A stretch of 64,000 nt of DNA, from contig CAYMED010000001.1 in the NCBI GenBank assembly GCA_964389655.1, positions 122,217 through 186,216 of the forward strand, in the 5' to 3' direction. Positions 1-9,326 of the stretch are shown here, piece after piece. This DNA is from an uncultured Candidatus Poseidoniales archaeon. Its GTDB lineage: Archaea > Thermoplasmatota > Poseidoniia > Poseidoniales > CAYMED01. Both the position numbers and the translations under genes were made by a program. How positions within the stretch are numbered: position 1 is the stretch's first letter; the number at the start of each line of letters is the position of its first letter. The notes under the pieces were generated by a model. It saw only the letters and a list, made by a program, of their open reading frames with translations. It was not told the origin of the DNA and searched no databases.

Positions 1-113
1 AGATCACCTCTGATATCTTGTTCAGGTGGTCAGGGGCCGTTTATAGATTCTCTCTTTCGAAAGCGAGTTCAATAATACGCGCTACTCATAACACTTGATC
101 CAAGTCCCTGTTT

Positions 114-1112
114 GTGCGTATCGCTTGGTCATGGTGTGGGGCGGTGCTTTTCGATGATGAAAACATGGCTGTATCTCGCCTTCCGCTGGACGAAGATTCT
201 GATTGTGTAGTGATTTCTGATCGATTTCACTCGATTAATGAGCAAAAAATAACTCAAGAAGGCGCTGACCTTTTCAGTATTCATCCAGATGCTGTTGTAG
301 ATCGTAATGCGAGCCCCGGATGGATTCTTGGTTTTGCCCCATCTCCTGAGTTGAAAGCCCGGCGCGATGAGGTCCTTCAGCAACGCATTGTATCTGACTT
401 AAGGAAATCAGCACAAGCTCTTGATAGAAGAATAGAGCACCTTTTGTGCTCACTTGATGAGGCGCGTGAATCTCAGCAAATTGCTCATGCACGGTTGCTG
501 GAATGGGTTGGTCAACTATTACCTGAACTTGACCCTGATGCAGATAGAACTCACGTAAGTGAGGCTGTATTACAATCAAAAAACCTAGCTGAAGTTGCAA
601 CGCGCCTCAAATTGAATTCAGAACCCCCTGATATACAACCCTCAGAATGGAATGCAATGAACTCTTTTGCCTCTAACGCAGAAACTAGCAATTCATCAGC
701 CTCATTTGCTGAAGAAGCGCTGAGGCTTGTTACGGCCGAGCGCGCCCCTTCAATGTGTGTTTTGATAGGCCCTATAATTACAGCACGGATGATTGTTGCA
801 GCACGCAGCCTTGATCGCCTTGCTCGAATGAGCAGTGGGGGTATACAACTTCTAGGCGCCGAGCGCTCTTTTTTTAAGGCATTAGAGACGGGTGGCCCTC
901 CACCCAAACATGGCTCTATTATTTGGTCACACGTGTGGGTACATGGTAGCCCTCTCAAAGCAAGAGGACGCGTTGCTCGAATGCTTGCAGGACGGCTATC
1001 CATTGCAGCTAGAGTAGATGTTTTTGGTGGAGATACATGGGATGAAACTCATGCAAATGATGTTGGAAATGCAGTTCTAGAGATCCAAAAGCGGGCTAAG
1101 GGGGGGCAATAA
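114..1112 (+). CDS. nop5: Nop5/Nop56-58 family C/D box sRNP protein (divergent N-terminus)
   Basis: Nop-domain motifs IQLLGAERSFF, PPKHG and RGRVARMLAGRLSIAARVD; stop overlaps the fibrillarin start (TAATG). Confidence 0.9.
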   Translation: MRIAWSWCGAVLFDDENMAVSRLPLDEDSDCVVISDRFHSINEQKITQEGADLFSIHPDAVVDRNASPGWILGFAPSPELKARRDEVLQQRIVSDLRKSAQALDRRIEHLLCSLDEARESQQIAHARLLEWVGQLLPELDPDADRTHVSEAVLQSKNLAEVATRLKLNSEPPDIQPSEWNAMNSFASNAETSNSSASFAEEALRLVTAERAPSMCVLIGPIITARMIVAARSLDRLARMSSGGIQLLGAERSFFKALETGGPPPKHGSIIWSHVWVHGSPLKARGRVARMLAGRLSIAARVDVFGGDTWDETHANDVGNAVLEIQKRAKGGQ

Positions 1113-1807
1113 TGGGCCGAGGAAACTCCCGTAGTTGGAATCAAATAACGGAGCGCTGCGCAGTATTCCGAAGACGGCCATGGACCCGTTCTGCTTCAGA
1201 GCACCCCTCGTTTGGTGAATCACGACAACGGCGCAAGGGGGACACATGGCGGGCTTGGGACCCTCGCCGATCAAAAATTTCTGCTGGAATCGTCGCTTCT
1301 AAGGTGGGGGTTGGGGATTGGTTACCTCTTCCTGGAGAGAGCATCCTATACCTTGGAGCAGGACACGGGCAAACACTGAGCCATATTCATGACCTCACTT
1401 TTCTGGAAGATAAAAGCCGCATTATTGCCTGTGAAATCTCAAGCCGATGCCTTCGAAGTCTGAGAAGTGCTGCTGAAACTCGGGTTGGGATATATCCTGT
1501 TTTGATAGATGCTCGCCGTATTGATCTGATTGGACAAACGATAGATACTCCCGTTGATGTCGTGATTCAAGACGTATCTCAAGCAGATCAGGCCCGCATG
1601 TTTGCTCGCGCCTGCAACTTGCTTACTCCTTCTGGGAGAGGTCTCCTTTCTCTGAAACTTGCCTCTGAACGTGGAGGTATGCCGATGGCTGAAAAGAGCT
1701 TGAATGAGGCGAAATCAATGATACAGGGATATGGCCTGACTATAGATGAAGTCATTAACATTGAGCGTTGGCAACGAGGACATCGATTGATTATCGTTCG
1801 ACGTTGA
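1112..1807 (+). CDS. flpA: Fibrillarin-like rRNA/tRNA 2'-O-methyltransferase
   Basis: WRAWDPRRSKISA, ILYLGAGHGQTLSH, IQDVSQADQA, LSLK (K-D-K catalytic residues); adjacent to nop5. Confidence 0.92.
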   Translation: MGRGNSRSWNQITERCAVFRRRPWTRSASEHPSFGESRQRRKGDTWRAWDPRRSKISAGIVASKVGVGDWLPLPGESILYLGAGHGQTLSHIHDLTFLEDKSRIIACEISSRCLRSLRSAAETRVGIYPVLIDARRIDLIGQTIDTPVDVVIQDVSQADQARMFARACNLLTPSGRGLLSLKLASERGGMPMAEKSLNEAKSMIQGYGLTIDEVINIERWQRGHRLIIVRR

Positions 1808-1816
1808 GGGTATTTT

Positions 1817-2662
1817 GTGCCTGAACTTCCTGAAGTCGAAACTGTTCGAAAAGGCCTGATGCCTCTTCTAGGATGTACGATCTCGTCAATAGAGGTCAGA
1901 AGACGTGATCTTCGCCGCCTAATTCCTCTTGATTTTGAGCATAAAGTTCTCGGAAAACGCTGGTCTAAACTTCTGCGCAGGGGAAAACATCTGATTGTCA
2001 AATTGAATTCGGGGGATTACGTACTGATGCATTTAGGCATGTCAGGACGATTCCGCTTGTTCGCTCCATCAAAAGAACCAACTCTTGAAGAATCCCATAC
2101 ACACGTCATTTGGAAGTTTGCAGAAGGATTTGTTCTCAGACATATGGATCCACGACGGTTTGGTTGGGTTGATTTATGTGCCCATCTAGAAGATGACAGA
2201 TCAATTTCAGTACTTGGTCCTGACCCCCTCGACATCACCTGGGATGCTGCAACACTTGGTTTGTCGCTACGTGGGCGGAAAACCCCCATTAAATCTGCAT
2301 TGCTTGACCAACGTGTTGTAGCTGGTCTAGGAAATATCTACGTTTGTGAAATTCTCCATCATGCTAGAATTTCACCACGTAGGTCTGCCGACAGTGTATC
2401 TCGCACGTCTTCTTCTGAGAGTGGGCGAACAAATAGAATTGTATTAGCCACTCGAGAAATCCTTTCTAAAGCAATTAAGGCAGGGGGTTCAACACTCCGT
2501 GACCATCATGGGGTAGATGGGGACTTGGGGTATTTTCCAATTCAATTTCGAGTCTATGGGCGTAGTGGTGAACAGTGTCTTAGAATGGAATGCAATAGCG
2601 TTATTTCACGTATTGTGCAGAATGGAAGAAGCACTTTCTTTTGCCCATCATGCCAAAGGTGA
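1817..2662 (+). CDS. mutM: Formamidopyrimidine-DNA glycosylase Fpg/MutM
   Basis: N-terminal PELPEVE, RRGKHL, HLGMSG, H2TH motif LLDQRVVAGLGNIY, C-terminal Zn finger ending RSTFFCPSCQ. Confidence 0.97.
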   Translation: MPELPEVETVRKGLMPLLGCTISSIEVRRRDLRRLIPLDFEHKVLGKRWSKLLRRGKHLIVKLNSGDYVLMHLGMSGRFRLFAPSKEPTLEESHTHVIWKFAEGFVLRHMDPRRFGWVDLCAHLEDDRSISVLGPDPLDITWDAATLGLSLRGRKTPIKSALLDQRVVAGLGNIYVCEILHHARISPRRSADSVSRTSSSESGRTNRIVLATREILSKAIKAGGSTLRDHHGVDGDLGYFPIQFRVYGRSGEQCLRMECNSVISRIVQNGRSTFFCPSCQR

Positions 2663-2667
2663 TGTTT

Positions 2668-3747
2668 TCAGTTATCGGAATTTTCTGCAAGGCGAATAAG
2701 TCCCCCGTCAAGCACATGAATTCGCTTTTGGCCCAATCCTTCCTTGATTAGATTGTAAGCAGCAGTATCTGATCGTATTCCAAATGGACAAACGAGAAGT
2801 AAATCCACTTCTGGTTCTAATTCATCAATATCGCTTAAGATCGAATTTGTTGATGTGTGCATGCCTTCAACAAAAGGATATGGCAAAGACTCATTCGATA
2901 TCGGGCTCAAGTCAAGAATTACGGGGCTCCACCCATTGGTAAATCTTCTAATCACTTCATCAGGCTGAATACGCGTGGGTTCTTTTGGGAATGTCTCATC
3001 CCTCCAAAGAGGTTTGTGTGGTACTTCATTTTGTATTTTTATTTTCTGGAATTTTGTATTTTCCCCATCAACTAGAAGCAAGAATCCCGATAAAGAGGGA
3101 GCACGTCCAAGAATAATTTCGATCACTTGCCCTGCTTGAATTGAACCAATCAATGCGGGTATGTGGGGAAGTACCCCAGTGGCACTACAGTCGCGCTGAG
3201 GCTCAGGAGATGGGGGAAATAGGTCATTATATCTTGGGCCATTTCCCCATCCAAACACAGTTACTTGGCCACTAAATCGATAAATCCCTCCATGAACCCA
3301 AGGGATCCCACGTTCTGAGCAAATGGTATCAATATCCCTTCTGCTTCGAACTCGATCAGTTCCATCGAGAATCACATCTACTTTGTCGACTAGTTGCCTC
3401 CCTGTTTCGATATCAAATGTGCAAGCATGCGTTTCAACAACGATCTTTGGATCAATACGGTGTATTCCATCTCTTGCAGATTCTACTTTGAGGCGGCCTA
3501 TATCTGAAACGCCATGAAGCGGTTGCCGGTGGAGGTTTGTTCCTTCTACAATATCTGAATCAACTAGTATGAAATGGCCAACACCTGAACCTGCGAGTGC
3601 GGGAATTGCTGCAGAACCAAGTGCGCCACACCCGACAACCAGTACTGTTGCTCGCCGAATTCTTTGCTGCCCTTCCTTTCCTACTTCTGGCATGATCATT
3701 TGCCTAGCGAAGCGGACCTCGTCCCGGACTCCTTCCTCCAGTGCCAT
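2668..3747 (-). CDS. moeB: ThiF/MoeB-family E1-like adenylyltransferase with C-terminal rhodanese domain
   Basis: RFARQM..PEVGKEGQQRI, VGCGALG, NLHRQ, DCSATGVL; rhodanese loop LVCPFGIRS and LDGGL. Confidence 0.88.
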   Translation of the reverse strand: MALEEGVRDEVRFARQMIMPEVGKEGQQRIRRATVLVVGCGALGSAAIPALAGSGVGHFILVDSDIVEGTNLHRQPLHGVSDIGRLKVESARDGIHRIDPKIVVETHACTFDIETGRQLVDKVDVILDGTDRVRSRRDIDTICSERGIPWVHGGIYRFSGQVTVFGWGNGPRYNDLFPPSPEPQRDCSATGVLPHIPALIGSIQAGQVIEIILGRAPSLSGFLLLVDGENTKFQKIKIQNEVPHKPLWRDETFPKEPTRIQPDEVIRRFTNGWSPVILDLSPISNESLPYPFVEGMHTSTNSILSDIDELEPEVDLLLVCPFGIRSDTAAYNLIKEGLGQKRIHVLDGGLIRLAENSDN

Positions 3748-3763
3748 CTAGTCTGCGAGAATC

Positions 3764-4399
3764 ATGCCTTGTTCATGGTTCCGTCGCCGGCAAACCCTTG
3801 CACCCCCTGCCTCTCGTACTATCGTGGAATCCAAAGCATGGCGCAGTGGACCGCTGCGCATATCGAGAGTTGTGGGTGACCTCACAAGAGATCGTGCTGA
3901 TGCAATTGTCAATGCGGCGAATACGGCCCTTAGCGGCGGAGGTGGCGTAGATGGCGCCATCCATGCAGCAGCAGGACCAGAACTTGCAATTGCTTGTTCA
4001 GCATTTCCTGAAGTTGTAGAAGGCATTCGTTGTCCTGTGGGAAGTGCACGTGTAACTCTCGGTTTCGATTTAACATGCCGCTGGGTGATCCACACCGTCG
4101 GTCCCGTTTGGAGGGACCCAGAAAGTGATAGAGAAAGTCTAATCTCTGCGTTCCGTTCGAGTATCCGTTTAGCCGATGCACTTGGTAGCCGTTCATTGGC
4201 AATGCCAGCAATTTCTTGTGGCGTATATGGTTGCCCACATCGTGAAGCCGCTCTAGCAGCTGCAAAAGCCATTGAATTAGAATCATACAACCTTATTCGC
4301 TTGCGAAACCTTCGTTTTGTTTTGGTTTCAGAATCTGTTGCTTTGCAATGGGACGACGTATTTATGAGCCAATCTTGGGACTTGCTTGATTTACTCTAA
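3764..4399 (+). CDS. Macro domain protein (O-acetyl-ADP-ribose deacetylase, YmdB/MacroD type); start may be GTG 3824
   Basis: GDLT..ADAIVNAAN..LSGGGGVDGAIHAAAG, VIHTVGP, PAISCGVYG. Confidence 0.93.
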   Translation: MPCSWFRRRQTLAPPASRTIVESKAWRSGPLRISRVVGDLTRDRADAIVNAANTALSGGGGVDGAIHAAAGPELAIACSAFPEVVEGIRCPVGSARVTLGFDLTCRWVIHTVGPVWRDPESDRESLISAFRSSIRLADALGSRSLAMPAISCGVYGCPHREAALAAAKAIELESYNLIRLRNLRFVLVSESVALQWDDVFMSQSWDLLDLL

Positions 4400-5973
4400 G
4401 TGAGTAGTTGGATGATTTCTTCACCCCAAATAGAATAGGACAGGTCCGCTCCAGTTGCTGAGTCAGCAGCCCATTGAAGGCTGTAATTGTAGGGCTCAGG
4501 AGCCATGAAGCATTCTTTCTCAAATGCCCCTTCTCTCTCAATGTGCAGCGTTGTATTTTCACCATGGTGCGAGTGTAAATCGAAAGAGATACTTGATGTT
4601 GCTGACCAGATCCAGCATATCTGACCTCCTCTCGGAACACTCATGTCAACTTCAAAAGTAGTACCTGCCCAAATAACTTGGTTGTCTGTCAAATTTGCAC
4701 TTTTTTGTTTGGGATATGGGTCTAAAAGGATGGAATTAGACCAGTTGTCATATAGTTGGACCTGTACTATAGATGCATTTGAAGAAATGATGTGCAAAAT
4801 TGTGGAATTAGATAATAAATCCCCACCGGATGCAGAAAATGCCCAATTTGTTCCAAGATCATCAGTGATGTTTTGCCCGAATGGAATCTGAACCCGTTCT
4901 GAAATAGTCCACCAAGTTAAGGCATGTTTTTCGTAAATGATAAGGCTAAGGTTGTGGATTGGTATGAAAGATTCCGATTGAACGTATCCATTCCATTCAG
5001 TTCCATTTTCTGATTCTAGCCAATTAATGCTAAATTCTGGCCCAATTCGAGATGTGTTAATGCTGTCTGTGTCAGGAATTCGATAATTCACAGCGAAAGT
5101 TTCACGTGCTGATGATAGTTGGAACTTTGTCCAACGATTATCCGAATCAAAGTGCATAATCAATTCCAATTTTGGATTGTTGAAACGGATATTGTAGTTC
5201 GATTCTGTGATGTTTTCCACCTCTATAAACACATCCTCATTTGCATAATTTCTGAGACGCAAATCTAGTTCTTCGAATAAAGTCCTATTCACAACAGGTG
5301 CTAGATTAATGTCAAAGCAATTACTCCGGTTAGATATCAGACTCTTCCACATTTGGTGTCCATTATTGCACCCAAGAGGTCGTTGCTGATTTTGTATTGA
5401 GGTAAAAACCGGTGCTGATTTATGCAGTTGTAAAGTAGATGATGTGGAATAAATCCCATCCTTGACCCCCACCCATTCCCCCGACTTTGACATCCAATTG
5501 ATATTCCAAATTTGTGCGGCCTCCGATGAACCATTCCAGTATACGCCTGATGTTATTATTGCCTCCGATGACGACGAACTTGGGTCAAAAGTCGACCAAT
5601 TTATTGAATAATCAGCGAATGCACTTGTTGGTAGAGGTGTATTTAGTAACTGGGTAAATTGATCTTCTAAAGGAATCCCTTGATCCATAATTCTGTTCAA
5701 TGGATGTGTTTCAACATTAAATATCTGGCTTAAGATATGCAAATCCTCAACGGATTTATTTGCCAAATCGAGAAACTCTGCGTGTAAAGGGTTGTCCTGA
5801 GAGATGGAGGTATTTGTTCCTGATTCGCCCGTTCCTACCTGACAATCCCTATTTTCAAGAATGTATTCCTCTTGGCATTCCTTTTGATGCTGTGAATTAT
5901 CTTCTGATCCAAAACAACCAGCAGTGAGTAGACTTCCGATCACGAGAAGGCTGACGAATCTTAAGTCAGTCAT
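4396..5973 (-). CDS. Hypothetical lipoprotein
   Basis: 525-aa ORF; N-terminal hydrophobic segment with lipobox LTAGC; many N-x-S/T sequons; 6 bp downstream of icmF. Confidence 0.75.
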   Translation of the reverse strand: MTDLRFVSLLVIGSLLTAGCFGSEDNSQHQKECQEEYILENRDCQVGTGESGTNTSISQDNPLHAEFLDLANKSVEDLHILSQIFNVETHPLNRIMDQGIPLEDQFTQLLNTPLPTSAFADYSINWSTFDPSSSSSEAIITSGVYWNGSSEAAQIWNINWMSKSGEWVGVKDGIYSTSSTLQLHKSAPVFTSIQNQQRPLGCNNGHQMWKSLISNRSNCFDINLAPVVNRTLFEELDLRLRNYANEDVFIEVENITESNYNIRFNNPKLELIMHFDSDNRWTKFQLSSARETFAVNYRIPDTDSINTSRIGPEFSINWLESENGTEWNGYVQSESFIPIHNLSLIIYEKHALTWWTISERVQIPFGQNITDDLGTNWAFSASGGDLLSNSTILHIISSNASIVQVQLYDNWSNSILLDPYPKQKSANLTDNQVIWAGTTFEVDMSVPRGGQICWIWSATSSISFDLHSHHGENTTLHIEREGAFEKECFMAPEPYNYSLQWAADSATGADLSYSIWGEEIIQLLT

Positions 5974-5979
5974 TATTTC

Positions 5980-8900
5980 TCACATATCCCTTCGGAATGC
6001 TCCTCCAACTTCAAATAAAATTTCACTGACTTGTCCTACGGTACAAACAGGTGCTGCACGATATATTGCGGCAAACAGGTTTCCCCCTTCTATGGCGATT
6101 CGGCGCAAATTAGCCAATTCCTCTTTAGAATTCTCGGCATGTCTTTCCCTAAAGTCCCTATTTCGAGAAATAATCAATTTTTTCTCCTCATCATTTGAGC
6201 GTGTAACATCAACAGAAAATGTATCTGCAGTATCTGCAGAAAGAACTACCGCATTTTGGTCCACAAAATAATTCACTCCAGCAATTGGAAGTGACCCGTT
6301 ATCCTTTCTGTGCTCATATTCCATCGATTCTTCTTGGATGCGTGTTCTCTGAAATCCCGTTTCAAGCGAGCCAAGGACTCCTCCTCGCCGATTCATTTCC
6401 TCAAATATTTGCAACACCTCTTCTTCGACACGGTTAGTCAACCATTCGACAATAAACGATCCTTGCAATGGGTTTTCACACATGTTCCATCCATATTCAT
6501 TCGAGAGTATTAATTGTATTGCTACGGCATCTCGCACAGTATCCTCGGTTGGAGTTCCAAATGCCTCATCACGGCTATTTGTGTGCAAACTATTTGCAGA
6601 ATCTTGAATCGCATAAAGGGCTTGCATTGTGGTTCGGTAGTCATTCCAAGCAAATTCTTGCGCATGCAATGATCGTCCAGAACTTTGAATGTGATATTTC
6701 AATTTCTGTGATTTATTATTTGCACAATACTGTTCTCGCATTGCAATTGCCCAAATTCTACGACAAACCCTTCCTATCACTGAATATTCAATGTCCATCC
6801 CATTTGAGAAGAAGAAGGAAAAGTTTTGCAGGAACTCATCAACATCCATCCCCCTCGCCCTGAATATTTCGACATAAGTGAATGCATTTGCTAGAGTAAG
6901 TGCAGCTTGTGTAATTGGATTTGCTCCTGCCTCTGCGATGTGATAACCCGAAATTGAGACAAAATAGTGATTTCGTACATCATGTTCAGCATACCATTCA
7001 GCCACATCCCCCATCATTCGCAATGCAAAGTCTAGGCTGAAAACAAGAGTGTTCTGCCCCATCGCTTCTTTGAGTTGGTCTGCTTGTACGGTGCCCCGAA
7101 CAATAGATATTGCCCTCTTTTCAATCATTTCAGCCTCTTCTGAAGTTGGATCACGTCCATGCTCTTTCACGAATTTCTTCAGCTGCTGTTTTGCAGCAGT
7201 ATGGAAAAAACAAGCGAGATGCCACCAATAATTTCCATTAATTGTCATAGAGACTGATGTGTCGGAAGCGCATAGGTCGAATCCGTCATAAAGCAGTTCC
7301 ATTTCCTCAATTGTTGATATGCTGACTCCAGATTCACCCACTTTTCCATAAATATCTAATCGCTCATTAGGGTCTGCACCATAAAGTGAAGGTGAATCAA
7401 ATGCCGTGGATAACCGATTGAATGGCACGTCCTTTGACAGGAAATGAAAGCGCTCGTTAGTACGTTCGCTTGAGCCTTCTCCAGCAAACTGGCGTACAGG
7501 CAATTCATCTTTTCTTTTGAAGGGAAATACACCAGCAGTGTATGGATAATGCCCGGGGAGGTTCTCTGATCTAATATGTTTGAGTAATATTCCATTTTCT
7601 TCAATTGATGGAAGTGCAACCCGTGGTATATTGAGTCCCGAGAGTGATGATACATTTGTTCCAACTTGGATATTCTTTCCTCGCACTTGATACATTGCAG
7701 ACCCTTCACGGTATGATTTCATTTTCTCTTTGAACTCCCCAATTTCGACCCATATGTTCTCTGGGATTTCTCCGCGGATTTCTTTTGCTTGCTCAAATAG
7801 TTCTGAAGCGATTTCTTCTTTGCCCTTTCCGAGCATATGGTTTGCAGAATCTTCTAAATGGTCAACGAGATTCACCTTTTCAACAAATAAATCTGTTTGA
7901 AAATGATGCTTCCGCACATTTGTAGCCACATCTTGGAGATATGATTGATGCTCAAATGGAATATGGGACCGTCGTGAGGGAAGTCCCTTTGAATTCAGAT
8001 TTGGACCTGAAAAAGATAGATCTAATTGGTGGACATCATTGATAATAGTAGCAAGTCTGAACCACAACATATTGATCCCTTCATCATTGAATTGAGAAGC
8101 AATTGTGGGTACAACAGGTAGTTCATTTTCATCTAAATCCCACATTTTTCTGTTTCTCCGAACTTGTTTTCGAATTGCTGCGAGTGCATCTTCGGCACCC
8201 ACCTTCTCAAATTTATTTAGAACAACTAAATCGGCATCGAGCATTTCCAGTTTTTCTAATTGACTTGGCGCACCATATTCATTGGTTAACACATATACTG
8301 ACAGATCAGCAATAGAACGAACCGCATCATCACCTTGGCCAATTCCACTTGTTTCGGCAAAAATAAGATCGAATCCAACGGCTTGGCAGACTTCAATTGC
8401 TCGTTCCATGCATCCTGCAATTTCATTTCCCGAACCCCGGCTAGCGAAAGAGCGCATGAAAATATGCTCGCTTGATAGTGAGTTCATCCGAATCCTATCG
8501 CCTAACAAGGCGCCACCAGTACGCTTTCGACTAGGGTCGGTACAAAGTAGTGCCACTTTCAATCCAGGGTTATCACGCTGGATCCGAAGCATCAATTCAT
8601 CTAGTGTACTCGACTTTCCTGAACCACCAGTTCCAGTGAATCCAATTACTGGAACCTTTTCATCAGTCGGACGACTTCTAGATCTCTCAAGAACTTCATG
8701 GAATATCTCGTTTTCTAGATTTTCAGCAATAGTCATTAGGGAAGCAATTGAACCTCTTTGTCGTGGGTAAATTGGCCCATTTAGTGCATCAATTCTTTCT
8801 TGTGAGACTAAATCTAACTGAGTAGCTAATTTGAGTGCATCCTCAACCATTCCTGTTAACCCCAGAACTCGACCATCATCGGGGGAATATATCCTCGCAA

Positions 8901-9282
8901 TTCCTTCATCTCTGAGGTGACGTATTTCTTGAGGGAGAATTGTTCCTCCACCTCCTCCAAGGAGTACGACATGTTCAAATCCCTCAGCATCCAATATTTG
9001 CTTAGTTGCGGTAAAAAATTCTACCGCTCCACCCTGATAAGATGTGATCGCTATCGCATGTACATCTTCTTCAATTGCGGCTCGAGCAACTGCTTCAGCC
9101 GACCGGTCATGACCAAGGTGGATGACTTCAGCACCCATTGATTGGAATATTCTTCTCATGATATTGATTGCAGCATCATGGCCATCAAAAATCGCTGCAG
9201 CAGTGACAATTCGTACAGGCATTCCCGAGGAAGTCCGAGCGATTATATCGCCCCCCTCCCCGTCAGATGCACTTGCAGTCAT
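5980..9282 (-). CDS. icmF: Fused isobutyryl-CoA mutase / MeaB-like GTPase (IcmF)
   Basis: N-terminal B12-binding domain FDGHDAAINIMRR, P-loop GTGGSGKSS, GDRIRMN, ETSGIGQ, mutase barrel RQFAGEG, RLSTAFDS, SISGYHIAEAG; 1100 aa. Confidence 0.95.
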   Translation of the reverse strand: MTASASDGEGGDIIARTSSGMPVRIVTAAAIFDGHDAAINIMRRIFQSMGAEVIHLGHDRSAEAVARAAIEEDVHAIAITSYQGGAVEFFTATKQILDAEGFEHVVLLGGGGGTILPQEIRHLRDEGIARIYSPDDGRVLGLTGMVEDALKLATQLDLVSQERIDALNGPIYPRQRGSIASLMTIAENLENEIFHEVLERSRSRPTDEKVPVIGFTGTGGSGKSSTLDELMLRIQRDNPGLKVALLCTDPSRKRTGGALLGDRIRMNSLSSEHIFMRSFASRGSGNEIAGCMERAIEVCQAVGFDLIFAETSGIGQGDDAVRSIADLSVYVLTNEYGAPSQLEKLEMLDADLVVLNKFEKVGAEDALAAIRKQVRRNRKMWDLDENELPVVPTIASQFNDEGINMLWFRLATIINDVHQLDLSFSGPNLNSKGLPSRRSHIPFEHQSYLQDVATNVRKHHFQTDLFVEKVNLVDHLEDSANHMLGKGKEEIASELFEQAKEIRGEIPENIWVEIGEFKEKMKSYREGSAMYQVRGKNIQVGTNVSSLSGLNIPRVALPSIEENGILLKHIRSENLPGHYPYTAGVFPFKRKDELPVRQFAGEGSSERTNERFHFLSKDVPFNRLSTAFDSPSLYGADPNERLDIYGKVGESGVSISTIEEMELLYDGFDLCASDTSVSMTINGNYWWHLACFFHTAAKQQLKKFVKEHGRDPTSEEAEMIEKRAISIVRGTVQADQLKEAMGQNTLVFSLDFALRMMGDVAEWYAEHDVRNHYFVSISGYHIAEAGANPITQAALTLANAFTYVEIFRARGMDVDEFLQNFSFFFSNGMDIEYSVIGRVCRRIWAIAMREQYCANNKSQKLKYHIQSSGRSLHAQEFAWNDYRTTMQALYAIQDSANSLHTNSRDEAFGTPTEDTVRDAVAIQLILSNEYGWNMCENPLQGSFIVEWLTNRVEEEVLQIFEEMNRRGGVLGSLETGFQRTRIQEESMEYEHRKDNGSLPIAGVNYFVDQNAVVLSADTADTFSVDVTRSNDEEKKLIISRNRDFRERHAENSKEELANLRRIAIEGGNLFAAIYRAAPVCTVGQVSEILFEVGGAFRRDM

Positions 9283-9326
9283 AATGGCTCATCGACCTTT
9301 CTACCTTCAGCCCATCGGATTGATTC

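Noticed and set aside
1-113. Possible gene end or C/D box sRNA upstream of nop5
   Set aside because: Too short to assign, and I found no properly spaced box C (RUGAUGA) / box D (CUGA) pair here or in the other spacers inspected.
2668-4399. ThiF plus macro domain as an antiviral defence system
   Set aside because: Both look like ordinary housekeeping members (MoeZ-like, YmdB-like) and are divergently transcribed. No E2, JAB, CD-NTase or ADP-ribosyltransferase gene is nearby.
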